64,000 bases of DNA from Perkinsus olseni (Eukaryota), in contig JABANN010000029.1 of assembly GCA_013115125.1 (NCBI GenBank), forward strand, positions 1 through 64,000, in the 5' to 3' direction. The notes below the pieces were generated by a model. That model was not told the DNA's origin. It saw only the letters and a program-made list of their open reading frames with translations, and searched no databases. How positions within the stretch are numbered: the first letter of the stretch is position 1; every line of letters begins with the position of its first letter. This document shows, piece after piece, positions 37,471-51,257 of this stretch. The translations under genes and the position numbers were made by a program.

Positions 37471-40400
37471 ATGTCGGATGGCTCGGGGTCTTCTGGTCCA
37501 CGGCGGTCGTCAGCGTCTAAACCTGGAGCTGAGATTGGTCAACGGAGGGATGAGAAGGATATCAAATTCAGGGAGCAATCGGACTCCAATGCCAAGGTTT
37601 TGAGGTATACCACTCCCTCGATGGGATCAACAGTAGATGCGTACCCTTTTCTGTAGATACGTAACAGACTTCCTGATGAATCACTCGGGCAAATGGATAG
37701 GCTTGGATAAGCTCAACCATAATCCCAAACTTGTTGGTTTTATTGGTAACACGCCAGAGTGCCGATCGGGCTCGTCACCTCTCACCTCTCAGGCCATCTC
37801 TTAGTAGGCTTACCCGGTATCCACCGGACAATGACCGTGAGAGCTACTGATGGCACGGAAAAGGTACAGTCCTATTGCCTCCAGGGATGAATGTGTATGT
37901 GTTACGTCTTAGGAGATAGGGTACCTGGGTACTGAGTGGATAGCCCAGACGTTTAATATTCGGGATTGGGGTGGTATACCTATGGTACCTCGAGAGATTA
38001 TTACCGTCACTAAGGATCCTGCTGGGGAAGTATTGGTGAAGCTGACTTCCAATTGGACTACTACAAGGACTGGCTCTAAGCTTATAGTGGTAGGGAGGCG
38101 ACTAGTAGCTATGAAGTGCACTCTGATGTGATTTCAGGATCCTAATGCACCACAAGCGGATGCAGCCAGAGGGCATGGGTATCACTACGGTAATTATGGT
38201 AGGGGAGGTAGAGGGGGGTATAAAGGAGGAGGAGCATGGTGGAAAGGTGGAGGAGGGGCATCTTCGTGGAAGGGAGGTGGAGGAAGGCATAGCAAGCGTC
38301 AGGTAGTAGTGGCTGTATGGTAGCGTTAGGATAACCTTCATCTTCAGTATAACCATGGAGGGTATTATGGTAATGGTAGTGACGATCAATGGTGGGACCA
38401 GCAGTACCAGGGTGATAATAGATTATCATCCTCTTCATACCGCTACGGGAGGAGAGGGGCCGATAGCGTAAGCAGGGCGTGTGAATCACACGCACATGCC
38501 TGTGGTCCCTGCAACACAGGCCTGTGTATTCTGCAGGACCAAGACAGCCGAGTGAAGCGCGAGTGTAGCCCAGCTGTGGATTGGGATGATGATACACCGC
38601 CAGCTAAGCAGGTATAATGTTCCTCCATCACACTGTGTTGACGATATCGTGTGGTAGGGTGATGAATCGAACGGGGACGTTGAAAGAGGGGATCCTGATC
38701 CTAAGAGACAGCGGGTAAAGTCTCCTAGTGTCCACCGGAGAGCCTCCTCGAGGTCTCGAGGGAAGTCTGCCACGAGGAGCAATAGCAGGAGGGATCGACG
38801 GCGGAGTCGGGATCGATCACGTGATGGCTCCATGAGGAGGAGTAGCAGGAGGAGGAGTAGAGGGTCTACCTCTTTAGGACGTGTGAAGGACGAGGAAGGT
38901 AGTACTACTCGCACCTTCAGGAGCGTCTCAGTAACCCTTTAGCTATTCACGTGCAACGGGATTGTGTGTGCCAAGAGCTACTGATGGCACCCGGTATTGG
39001 ACTCCCCATGGTCTGTATCCTCAGATGATTATCGAGGTAGAAGCAAGAGCCGGGCTGCTGACAGGAGGGGATATCCTGCTCCGCGATCTCGGAGTAGCAG
39101 TGAGAGTTCTGTCGAGCTGAGTGACGCTGAGAGCTGGCCCGAGGATCCAACCGATGACAGGGAGAATAGGAACAACAATGTCGTTAGCACTCCTGCAGCT
39201 GCTGCCGAAGTACCGGAGGCATTGAAGCAGGCCAAGGTGATAATAGTTAAGACCTTGATATGTTGGAAAGCTCACGATGGGCAGGCTATAGCTGATGACC
39301 TCCAGCTCTTTGAACTGGGTTCGGAGAGGAAGCAGAGGGACATGAGGGACATGCTGAGGGAGATGATCCGGGATATATACCAGATGTAGGTAGTCTCACT
39401 GGTGGTAGCAGGGTAATGGGTTTGGTGTTAGATACCGGCCGGAGAAAAGCTCCCACGTCCACTCTCGGCTGTTCCGCAAGTTTTCAGGAAGGGAGGATTT
39501 GTTGTACCTCCTCGTAGCCGATCGCTATGTTGGCCGTCCTACGTACTCCCTGCGTGGCCCCCGTGGGTATTGTTCATTGTGATGTTGTGTCAGCTACCAT
39601 GAGCGGCGTAGACGTAGGATCAAGTACAGGCCTAAACGGGAGGAGCATAAATCAGTGAAGCCGGCGGTATCGGCCAGCACTTCCAGGTCCTCGTCGCAGA
39701 CCCCTACAGCCTCACAGCGCAATGGAGTGGTAGTGGGAGTCTGATAAGCCTAATTTCAGCCATTGGCTCTGCTGTTACAGGGACGAGAGGGCAGTGGGTT
39801 GGATGCAACCGCATCATCATCATCAGCAGCAGCAGCAGTAGTGGAGGCGGAAAACACAGTCACCACGCCTTTGCCGCCAGTATTACCGCTCAACATTCGC
39901 GTTACGCCTGAAATCATCAAGTTCCTCACTCGGACACGATCATGGCTACAGAAGGTAATACAATGGCAGCGAGGGGTGTACTTAGTAGTAGTGGCTACCG
40001 TGATCAACTTCACCGCCCCAGAAAGCATGTATGCAATCGTCCTGTTAGGCGGTGGATAGTTTAGTCCCGAAGATCGTCCTCTTCGATGAAGCTAATGCCC
40101 ATCCTTTGGATATACGAGTACTGCATGTTCTCACTAACTGGTAGTCATTACCTACATTACCAATAAGATGTTACTCGTGTCCCCTATGTCCAGTTGTATG
40201 ATAAAATTCCGCCCCGAGCGGGCACCACATAAGGTCATAGGCTGTCTGGCTGGATATGAGCGTTGCATCCCTACCAACTTGCCCCAGGGGAAGTCTGTCA
40301 CCAACATGAGCATACCCAAGACTAATGCTCTGCTGTTGAAGATAGTGGTAGTGAGATTAACGCTGGTTTGGTGGTTTCTTTGGACTTATACTGCTGTTGT

Positions 40401-41144
40401 TGCAGATGCGGGATCCCTCTACGGGCCAGATCACCAACGGGGACCTAGCTTTTCGAGCTGTTTCTAACGAGCCAGCCACTGAGGAGGAGCTGGAGATAGG
40501 GGCGGCGAATTGGCAGTCGATAAGTAGTATAGCATCCCTATCCACCTGGTACGATGAGGATGGACCAGCCTTCTGGCAGGTAGTACGGTGAATGCAAAGG
40601 TAGAGGATGTACGACGTTGTGAAAGAGCATTAAAGCTTATCCATCAACGCCAGGCTCCACTCTCGAAAGAGTCTGTTCGGCGAATCATCCTCAATGGGGA
40701 AATGCTGACTGTCGATACTCTCCCACCGAATGAGGGCATCCGCCCGGGAACTTCCTCGACGTACCGTCATCATCGTCCCACACCAGTTGCTGATGCTCAG
40801 TCCTCCGTAGCCCGGTAGTCTGAAGTACCTTACTATGTCTGTAGAATTACTCTGTGCCTTACCACCACCATTGATACTCCTCTCGTGGATACACTTTCCT
40901 GTCTCTGTCGCTTGGAGACCCACCGTACCATTGCTGTGCCTTGTGTGGCCCTGGCTACGACCTATGGATTGTTCACCAATGTTGCTAGTAGTGGTCGCTT
41001 CGAGAACAGAGTCTGTTATGTAGCTTTTCTGAACCATTCTCAACTCTCTTGGACGCTGTTACATCTGTTGTGTTTGTAGTATGCGGGGTAGTGATGATTA
41101 GAGCAGTGCAGCGCTCCGATTCCTGGTACAATGGTCCGTCATAA
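37471..41144 (+). CDS. Large hypothetical protein with Gly/Tyr-rich and RS-rich low-complexity regions (possible RNA-binding protein); may be more than one gene
   Basis: MSDGSGSSGPRR start; TDFLMNHSGKWIGLDKL; GKGGGG-rich and RSRDRSR segments; numerous short introns; 3' end uncertain. Confidence 0.5.
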
Positions 41145-41322
41145 GTCCAAGGCACAACCAAGACGTATCAATCGTAGTAGAGGGTATGGCTTGCTCTGGG
41201 TCGATAAGGAGCATCCCTTGCAGGTGTTACGCCGATCTTCCTATCCGAGGATGACAGGGCAAAGGTCGAGGCCATGCGAGAAAGGCTGGTACAGCCAGAA
41301 GCTGCAAAACATCTTCAGGAGT

Positions 41323-44300
41323 ATGCAATCGGTATACCAATCGCCACGTGAATTACGGATCGTCAGGTATCTAGCAGCGGAGGATATATCCGGTCAGATA
41401 GTCGCCTTAAGAGCCTTGGCCGAGGCAGCTCCTACTGATGTTCAAGTGTTTTGGGTAATACTCAGGGAGAGGATCCCTTCGCCGCTACGGGTAGTGGTAG
41501 TCGGTAATGGTTATCAGTTACTACATCGTCAATTAAGGGGCATGCCGACGCACCCTTGGAGGAAGCACTTGGCCAGGACCTGTGAGAGCATGCCAGTAGA
41601 TGGGAAAAACGAGGTTATTGCGGAATGGGTAGTAGTATCAGGGCGGACGAGTGGCCCCTTTCTAGCAGCCTTGGACGGAACTCTCTTATCAGTATAACAG
41701 CGTTCTGGTTCCAGAGAGCAAGGCCCTACAGGCGTTTCTGGATGATACGCCTACACCTCCAATCCCATCAACAGCCATCGAGTTCATTCGACAGATAGAG
41801 TTGGCCCTAGAGTACTACTCCTTGTAGTAACAGTTGAAGTCTACTCTAACCTTCTCGAGGTACCCGTTCACGAAGTCTCTCTATAACGATGAGATAGGAC
41901 TACCAGCGAATAACGCTATGGTATGTTAGCGGAGCGAAGTTTTGTATCTCATGCGTGGCCTGTCTACTCAGGAGGTGCTCTTCGGTCGGTATGCGAGGAG
42001 GCTAGGTGAAGCAGTCGGCCCCTCTGGAGAGCAGTCCGACTGGTGCCTTACCACCTTCCGCACCTACCTACAGAGTATCTTGGTACTCTCGACCAAGTCA
42101 GGCAAGAGGCCCAGCAAGTACCTCAACGTCGCTGAAGTAACGCGCACCTGGACTCGTGGGTCGTTAGATTGAGGCGTCGGTGTAGGTCTGCGGCTCTTGT
42201 TTGAAGATAGCCCAATCGATCGAAGCACCTCCAGATGTCACTACCCAAGCTGCTTTGGTCTTAGCACATGGGATAGGTAGGAATGATACGCTTGATATAT
42301 TGCTGTGCGTTAGTGTAGATTTGATGCTCTTTAGATAATGCTCGAGAGAATGAGCAACTTATGGACCACGTCACCAGCGTGGACTCCAGTACTAGCTCTG
42401 CTTTATCCCTGCTCGACGGTACCTCGCCCTGCTCCTCGACGAGCCTTTTTAGACGGCCCCCTTCTTCACAGGTGCCCTTGTTATCCCGCCAAGGGAAGAT
42501 ATGCCTCTGTCTTGTCGCCTAGCACTGAGTAGAGGGCTCCTCGTAGCGGCCGTGGATGATGCCACTAGAGAAAAGTACACTGGAAGATGTAAGGAGATGA
42601 GAAGGTTGGGCCCAGATTGACTCCGGATGGCGCTCAGGTGTCGAATCTTACATCTCCTTGTTGCTGGACCGCCATGCTGCTTTGGATACACCTACGTTGC
42701 TATACGGCCTCCAATCATTGATGGTACTAGTCAGTAGAGGGGCCGAGGGACCACTCATGGAGCCTAAGCGTATAAGGCAACTGCTCGAGGTAGGGGGTAT
42801 CTTCAAGTCGCGCTTGAAAGACGCAAGTGAGGTCAGGTTTGCGTCACACACTGGGAGCACCCTTCTAATTTGGTGCATCAACTTTGCGAGCAGCTCTTCG
42901 AGATAGAGTGCCGGAAGGCAGGAGCATCGAGTGCTGCGAAGCTATCAATCGTGCAGCAGTCGATAAAGGAGCTGCCCTTCTGTCGTGCTAAATGCAAGGG
43001 GCTCTCCTTCCTACTACCCGTGTCTAGTGATGACGACACTATGGCCATTGCCCTGGATATGGTCCCCGACCTCCTCGATACTGTTTCTCAAGAGGGAAGT
43101 TCATCCAGTGCGGCAAAACAGCTCTTAGAGAGAGTGTGCTCTATGGTACGGTGGTTGGGAGGGATACAGAGAACTGCCTTCGTGGAGGTCTACGATAGGC
43201 TAGTGGTCTGTGGATGATGGGACAGCTTCCTTGGGCAAACTCTCGAGGGCTACGGGGTAGTGCTCTTCACCCTAGTCTAGCCATTCTCGGCATCACTATT
43301 CCCATAGTGATATTCTCTTTACTCAGGCTCCGGAAGCCGGTAAGAAGTTCGACTTGAGAGAGCGCCTCTTCAGCCCTATACTGGCCCTTCTCAATCGGAT
43401 ACATCAAGACGAAGAGAGCGATTTGCATCAGGGACTCGCGGATACGCTCACCAATGTAGCTGCTGGGCTCTATCTGCGTACTGGGATAGCGACTCTTTAG
43501 ATACTCGCCAAGGCCCCGGCAGAACTGCTGGTATCTCTATGGAATGCGGCGCTATCTGCTAGCTGCTCTGCTGATGGCACTGGTAGTACCGGGCGGAGGA
43601 TAGAATGCAGGCGGAGGATTGCACCCATCTTAGGAGGGGACTACTCCGTCTTGGCTCTTGCTGGTCTATTCCGCAAGTTGGGTCGAGCTGAGTTCACTGA
43701 GACTGGTCTGACACTGGTGGAACCCAAGGCAAAGAAGAAGAGCCACAGGCATCACGCGAGCCAGGAACAAAGCGGAGCGGTCCAGGGTACTGTCGGAATG
43801 GTACGCAGTAGGGCGTACGGAATGCCGAGGTACTCCTTGCTGTGTTAGGGAGGCAGAGAAGAGTACGGTAGCCTCCCTATTGAGACATTGGAGAGGTGGA
43901 TCCTGTCCTCTGACTCTGCTATGGCCATATCAACCCTCAAGTTGATGTCCACAGTGAAGAGTCCCGCCACCACTCCCATCACCACCGCTGAAGTCCGCCT
44001 CGTCTACCCTTTGTTCATAAGGAATGGTGAGTAACCTTATGAGGGATTATTGGCTAGTCTACGATGCCTCCATTTGGTATTAGGCCAACAGTTGAAGCTA
44101 TCTGATCTCGCTCTACGCCAGCGGGCTACGTCAGCATTGAAGGCCTTCCTACAGCGTCTACGTGACACTTGGGATATGAAGTCACACCAACAAGATGGTC
44201 GGGCACATCTTCAGCTCCGCTCCGCTGTGAGGGATTTCTCGTTAGGTCCTGGCCTGTCGTCCAAGAGGTATGCTCCATGGCTGAAGGAGCTATTCTTGGA

Positions 44301-47300
44301 CTACCTCATCCCCGTTGCCACAAGGCCGGGCTCGCCCCTAGAGATAGCCTACCCTGCTGCCACGATAGTCGAGCATGTCTACAAGCTGTGAGACCTCACC
44401 TCTGGCCTTCCCCTAGCCTATCAATCTTGTCTTAGCTTCGGGAGCCTGCCCGTATCTCTCAACACCGGTAAGGTCTACACCGGCTGCTCCATTGCTCAGG
44501 AGCTGGGCTTCTATGACTCGGAGGTGCGTATGACTTGAGAAGTGTTCTATCACGTCGGTCTTGCTACAGGTTATCATGAGTCTCCTGCAAGCCCTAGGGG
44601 CAGCATGGAGCAAGCAGCGTACAGCGGTAGTACAAGCCCTGCAGGCAGTACCACCCGAGGTCATACTGCAAGTGGGACCACAGATAGATCGCCGCATCGC
44701 TGAGCTGGCAAGGAAGAGCAAGCAGGTACCTAGTAGTTATGCATTGGTAGGCAGTACGTGCTCGGTTGTCCCTGCCAGGTGGTAAGAGTACGTTGGACGA
44801 GTGAGGCAGCTGCTCTGGCAGCCCTCTATAGCCAAGCCCTGCGTGGGAGGGATAGGGTGGAGTATGTCGATGGTATAATGGAAGAGGTCAAGAGGGAGTT
44901 CAAGCAAAGCATCGGAAAGGTAGCGGCTGCACTATATTCTCGCATCGCGTTGACTGTTGTTTGCACTCTCAGGGCCTGGACGCCCTCAGAGGCCTTCATG
45001 TCCATTTAGCCTGTCTTGCCGCTGCTCTGCCCACCATCCGTGGCATGGCATCATGTGCTTCAGAGGGGTTCTCTTCTGTAGAGTCCGTAACCTCAGTTGA
45101 GGTTATGCTGTCCATATGTGTCAGTGTACTCGGAGCTATCAGCGAGGGTGTGGATGATGTAAGAGGAGATTTCTAAATTCCCTATCTGTATCGTGCAACC
45201 GTGCTGCTGTAGGTTTTGGTGTCTTCCAACCTGCTCACCGCAGTGGGACTAGATCACGCTGCAGGCCGCCCTAAGACGAGTGTTGATTGCCGAGGGCACC
45301 TAATAGTATCAGAAGAAGGGAGTGTGGAGTCCGATGAGGCCATGGACACTTCAGGTGAGTCGTGGTTTCTCTCGTGGCTCATACTGTTGTTGTGTAGATG
45401 ACGTGAGCATGGATATCGACGACGGTACATCTACCACTACTTCCGCTTGGACTACCATCAAGGAGAGCATATCAGCACTAGAAGCTATTGTGGAGAACCT
45501 TACGTCGATGGAGAGCATTGCCGGCGCCCCCGCTGGTGAGTACTCATCCCAATGCCTCAGTGATTTCCCTTGTTTCTGCAGGTGGTAGCTCTGTGTCACT
45601 GGTGACTTTGGCAAGTCCTTCGGCAGTGGAGGTGTGGGACAAGGTTGGGTCCATGCTCCTCTTGTTCCTCCTGTCTACTAAGCATCCTGGGTACGTCGAC
45701 CACTGGCCTGCCTTCATCTTTATCTGTCTTCCTCCTCAGGGCCAACACCCGACTCTACCGATGCTTAGCAGAGGTCACCAGACGCCTGCTGCTCTCTGAG
45801 GACCCGCAACTGCAAGAGCTACCGCACAAGTGGCTCCAGGATTTACATAGTCTTCTCGTTCGGGATGCAACCGTGGGAGAGGAGGACTCAGAAGAACGTT
45901 CGAGGCTGCAGATGGTACGCTGGCGGTACGCTAACAGAGTGACTCATGAGATGTTCGTACCAGGTGCTGCCTCCGGCACTACGCCGATCCTTCGGATTGG
46001 GTCTGTGCTTCGTCGGGATCCTCGAGGGGGCCGCAAACCACTTAAGATTGAGCGGAGGAGGGTACACCTCCTGCCAGATGCTATTGGATACCATAGCTCG
46101 CCTCCAAGGGTCGGTTCGCCATCCCTGAGCCTTATTTATCAATCTCATTTTTTCAGAGTATTTGAGGGTCCCTCGGCTGAAGACGTGACATCCTGCGTAC
46201 ATGCCCTCAATGTCCTCCGGGCCATCGTCCGGGATGCCCACCTAGCTGGCTACATACCGGAGAGCGTAGGCGTAGCGTAGTCTCGCTGATACGTTTACGG
46301 TGCCACCATGCAGGTTATGAACTCTATACTACTGCTCGCCGTGAAGACTCTGTCTCAACGAGGAGAGGAAACTTGGCCTATCCGCAGTGCCGGGACGTTG
46401 CTGTTTGTTCATGCCTCGAGACGTGTGAGTCCCCGTTTCTGCCACCCCGGGAGCAGTACTGTGATGATCACTGCTGCATTCCGAGCTCAGGTCCTTGGTA
46501 ATGACTCGGAGCACACGGTTGCCAGTGGCCATAAGCATACGGGTCGTGCTACTACGCTGATGGAACTGTGCCGCCGACAGCCCCAGTTGATCGATGCTAT
46601 TACTGCCCTACTGAGGGATCGTACGGTGGATGATGGTTCCACGGTCATGCCTGCCCTCCTCTTTGTGTGCAAGCTGAAGTTGGGGAATGAGGAAGCCCTT
46701 GCTAAGCAGCAGCACAAGGATCTACTCAGTGCTATATGGGAGCTGGCCAAGTCTCCCATCTGGCATGTACGCAAACTCGCCAGCGTTGCCTTAGTGAACC
46801 TGGGTGCTGTGGGCAGCATTTCTGATGCTTTAAGGCTTCAGCCTCACTCGGCTAATGGAATGCATGTAAAGTTGGAGGTGATAAGATTCTTGGTGAAGAC
46901 TGGTCGTACCAGTGGCCTTCGTGTTGGAGACATCCAAGCTCTCCTGAGGGAGACCTCCCTGTGCCCCCCTCTGAACACCATCGTTCTCGAGATTGCTCGC
47001 CTCTGCCAATTCAAGCTAGGGGCTGGCCCTTGTGATGCTGGTGATGGCTTCCTCGGCGTACAGCGTTCACAGGCTGCTGCTGCAGTGTCCACCGAGCCTG
47101 TGGAGAACTCTTGCCACCCTCAAGTCCTGCAAGCCTTCATCGAGAACAATCACGCTTCAGAGGAGCTCGTAGCCAAGGCCTTGTCGGTGGACATCTCCGC
47201 TAAACCGGAGTATCGGGGAGCCGTCCTGGCCGCCCTCACTGCAGCTAGCCCCGAGCTGCTGACGGAGGCCGTGGTGGAGCGCCTCCATACCTTGTTTTTC

Positions 47301-47972
47301 CCCAATGACGTCGATGGTGTACTGGCCCTTGCCAAGAGCCGGGCTGAGTCATCTCATAGAAAGGATTGGCTAGAGTTGTGCTCTCGGTCTTCACAGCCGG
47401 CCGAGGTTCGAGTAGCCGTCGCCTCTCTGGTGCCTGATACCATCGCAGTCGCGTTGTTGCAAGATGAATGTGAAGAAGTTCGTCGTATTGCTTGCAAGAA
47501 TCTAGGAGGACTTGCGCCCCTTCCAACGCTGTATCAAAGGTTCAGTAGCGACGATCCTCTGAGGGTGCCTACAGCTTCGGAGGTCACTAGTCTGATAGCG
47601 GACCGGGCCGCACCACGATCCTTCGATAAGGAGGAGCCTAACACGTACCAGGAAGAGCTCCTCTCAACACAGTTAGCCTTAAAGGCCAATACAGCAGCGT
47701 CTCAGCCCCCTGAGGGTGTTCGGGCAGCCCTCGGCGCACTGGTGGAGGGCCTGGTGGACTTCGGGTGGAGTCTGGCGTGTGATGAGTTTGTGTTTGAGTC
47801 GGCCTTTGCCTTACTGGGAGCGGCTAAGGGGGCCTTCCCTGAGCTCTCTGGCAAGTTCGATAGAGACGAGGTCCCCCTCTGTCTCCGTCGTCTGGCCAGG
47901 CCCAACACAAGCCTGGATCGGTGCTTGTTCTTATGCCCCTCTACAACTACAGCCGTACACTGTTCAACGTAA
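41323..47972 (+). CDS. THADA: THADA/Trm732 (DUF2428) HEAT-repeat tRNA 2'-O-methylation cofactor
   Basis: STKHPG, LRRSFGLGLCFVGIL, VHALNVLRAIVRDAHL, WPIRSAGTLLF, SPIWHVRKLASVAL and SFDKEEPNTYQE. Confidence 0.85.
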
Positions 47973-48092
47973 TCTACCAAGTATGTTTCCACCACTCGAG
48001 ATGATGTTGCGCTGTCCCGAGTGCGGCCTGCGCGGAATTTTTAGCGCGCGCCCGAAAAACTGATCTTGGCGATCGGCGCAGCTGTGGTTTCG

Positions 48093-49430
48093 ATGTCCTC
48101 CACCCGGCAGCATCCGGCTAGGAAAAGTAATAATTGGACTATCGAGAGGTTAGCCATCAGCCTCGATGCTTCCAGGCAGTCGAGAGGCGGGCAGTCGGAA
48201 GGATGCCCCAGAGCCCTTAAGCCGGATCAAGCCACCACCAGCCCTTGGTCGAGGGGGAGCACGTAGTACTCGGACCATTCTCGGCGTTGGTGTGGCTCCC
48301 AACGGCGGCTCTCCTGACCCATGCCATGTCATTCAGTACCAGCAATGCTCCTTTGTTTAGCAACCACGATATCTACCGCTAAGGGTGCCCCTCGGCGCTC
48401 CGGTGCTGTAGCTACCCCACAGGCACTGGCCTTGGATACGGCAATACATGAGGCTGTGAAGGTAGCGTCCAGAGTAGGGTCTGGCAGCTCCTAGTTATTG
48501 TTGTCAAGTAGATGAAAACGGATATGGTCGAAGTGAATTGCCAGGCGATGATTCGGGCAGTGTGTAAATACGCATACGGCGTTAAGGACGGAGCGGAGGT
48601 GATGGCTGCTATGCCGCAAGTGGTGGTGATGGGCGGTTAGTAGGTCAAGGCTGAGACACTGGCCGAAGCACTACGGTGTATAGAGACATACCGGCTCAAG
48701 GATGTTGATGTGACTGAAGTTCATCATACTGTGACTGTAGTGGTGCTATGCCCTGTGTGTCGGGTATGGGAGAGAGCATTAGGTCCCTCAAACGTTGGAG
48801 TATATCAGAAAGGAGGCCGCGAGAGAGGAGAAGGAAGCGAAAGACCACTTGGATGGTCTTGTGGAGGATGGTAAATTAGAGACTAGGTTGGAAGAGGCTA
48901 AAGCTTCTCGGAAACGGAAACTGGTAGTAGAGGGTTCCTTACCAGTCGGAGGCCCGGGGCTGGTTTGGTACTAACGTGTACCGGTATCAGACGATCGTGA
49001 TTCAACGGGTTCCTTTCGTGTAAATCATTTACAGTGAGCATATGGATTGTTTGTCAGGAGCAAGACGCCACCGCCGCTATCATCAACAAAAAGAGAAATC
49101 GATCTGATCTCGAGACGTAGCCCATCATTACTTCGCTCTCTGATCGTGTAGCTGTCCTTGTGAAGGTCCATAGCCACGGCCGAGGCTAACTTGGAGGCTA
49201 TGAAGAAACGTAGGGTGTCATTAGACTCAGTGTTAGAGTGGCGAAAACAGAGGGTAGCTACAATACTAGAGGCGTCAAAGGAGCTCAAACAGGTGATCTT
49301 TTGGGAGCATGATGAGGGGGTCGACCTGTAACCGTCTGGTTAGGGCCCGTCGGAGAAGGATTTAGCACAGACGACGGTCGTGCCGGCCGCAGAGGGTGAG
49401 GATAGGACCAAGGATGGTGCACAGCACTGA
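48093..49430 (+). CDS. THOC7: THO complex subunit 7 (THOC7/Mft1)-like coiled-coil protein
   Basis: LEEAKASRKRKL|EQDATAAIINKKRNRSDLE...LDSVLEWRKQRVATIL resembles THOC7 AK..RK.K.EYD.LA..I...PSR and LE.RRKQF. Confidence 0.6.
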
Positions 49431-49529
49431 CTCCGATTGAGTGCTGATCCTCGAGCTTTCCGATGTTTCTCGCTAGCGTTGGTGGTGTTGTTAATGGCGA
49501 ACAACTCGTAAGCATGTGTTGCGATTGGT

Positions 49530-51197
49530 ATGCCTTTCAAGTGTATTGTAGCACTTCCTATGGAAATACTTGTCGGCTTGATCTCTTTATGTATACTGCT
49601 CGCGAAGCAGCCTGCTTCTACAGTAGTGTCATTATCGGCTGTTGATATAACGGATAAGTTGCAGAGGATGATACTGTCAGCAGGCTGCCCCCTGCAGCAC
49701 GATATCACCTGCTGGTGGGACAGGGGATCTCAGGAAGGCAGGAGTGTACGAGGATATATGGACTGTAGTAGTGGGGCGGGGATATCACCATCGGCAGTCG
49801 TGAAGACTGCTTTAGTGCGCCCTACAATATCTTCATCTTGAGGTCTTGCCATGGTTATCTGTGGGGGAATGTAGTGTCGAGGTATTTGATCATGTGCAGC
49901 CCTGTTGGAGGATGCACTGCGGGATGTATCTACCGAGCCAGAGCTGTGGGCATACACCAAATCCTTCGACCGCCTCGTTAATTGGACTTCAATCGTAGCC
50001 CAGGACAGTGCCGCTCATCTACAAGCATTGTAGTCTACAGTGCGCCATACATAATCACTCTTCCTGCTCGCCAGGCCTATCATGCTAGCTGTATCCTCTC
50101 TTCAACATGCTGCTCGTCATCCTCTGTGTTACCAGCAACCAGCGGTATTCCAGCGCGGGCATTGTGCTAATATTATGTAGCTTCGCCTGGTTTAACACGA
50201 TAAGTCTCAAGCTGCTCTGAGGTACAAGATGGCGATACAGAAGCTCCTTGTGGCTCACTTAGAGTGGGTAGCGCAGGAGATGCTCGAAGATGCTAGAGAC
50301 AAGGCGGGACTAAAGTGGCCTTCAATTCATCAGACCCCCACCGTGTGGGTTGAAGGCCTTCCGGAGGGGTCACCGTGGGTAGACTGTGAACGTGTAGAGC
50401 TAGCAAGGCATTTGGTTGACAACTATGAAGTGATCCGAGACGAGGTCAGGAGAGTTATTTTGCGGCGGGGAGTCGTTACCGCACAGGTTGGCCGGTTAGA
50501 CACAACTGCCGCGAGTGATGAGTATGGCTATCTCCATGCCTCAGGGAAGTGGGAGCAGCTACAGCTATTCCGAAATGGGTACTAGGAGTAGTAACAGGAG
50601 CTCATAATGTGAACCATAGTTACTCACAGGGAGTATCTCGACAAGAGCTGTAGCTTGATGCCGGAGACCTGCCGAGTGCTGCGAGAGGGCCCCTTCCCGA
50701 CCAGACCGGATTTAGTGGACCTGTGGCCAGTGAAGAATAACGAGGAGGTCGTTGATATCTCGTCCTCTCGATCGTCTTTCCTCTCCCCTTCCTAGGCCAT
50801 ACTCCTGTTCGCTTCCCCTGGTACTCATGTTCCCGTCCACAGTGGTGCTGCCAATACCCAGATCAACGTACACCTACCTCTCGTCGGCATTACAGGGGTA
50901 GCAACATGCTGTAGCATCATCACCCTGAGTGGTATGAATGGCGACAGGCGAGCATAGCAGTCCATCCTGGGGGAAGGCGGAACTGGACAGAGGCTACTGC
51001 AATGTGCTTTGATGATTCCTTCGCCCATGAGGTCTGGCATGAGGGTATGCCGTCGATACATCTCTAAAGACACATCATGATGCTCAGGAGATCATCTCCG
51101 GATAATCCTGGTGGTTAGAGTGATGCACCCTGCGGCCACCAGAGACCTTCTCGGTCGGGCTAGGTCCACGACCCTTCATGACCCTACTGAACTATAG
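49530..51197 (+). CDS. Aspartyl/asparaginyl beta-hydroxylase family 2OG-Fe(II) dioxygenase, secretory pathway
   Basis: Signal peptide; LVDNYEVIRDE, GKWEQLQLFRNG, PGTHVPVHSG, INVHLPL, WTEATAMCFDDSFAHEVWH and RIILVVRVMHP; ends PTEL*. Confidence 0.85.
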
Positions 51198-51257
51198 CTG
51201 CTGCTGCTGCTGATGTTTCCTTCCCCATCCCATTTCTTGTGTTAGAATAGGACGCCG

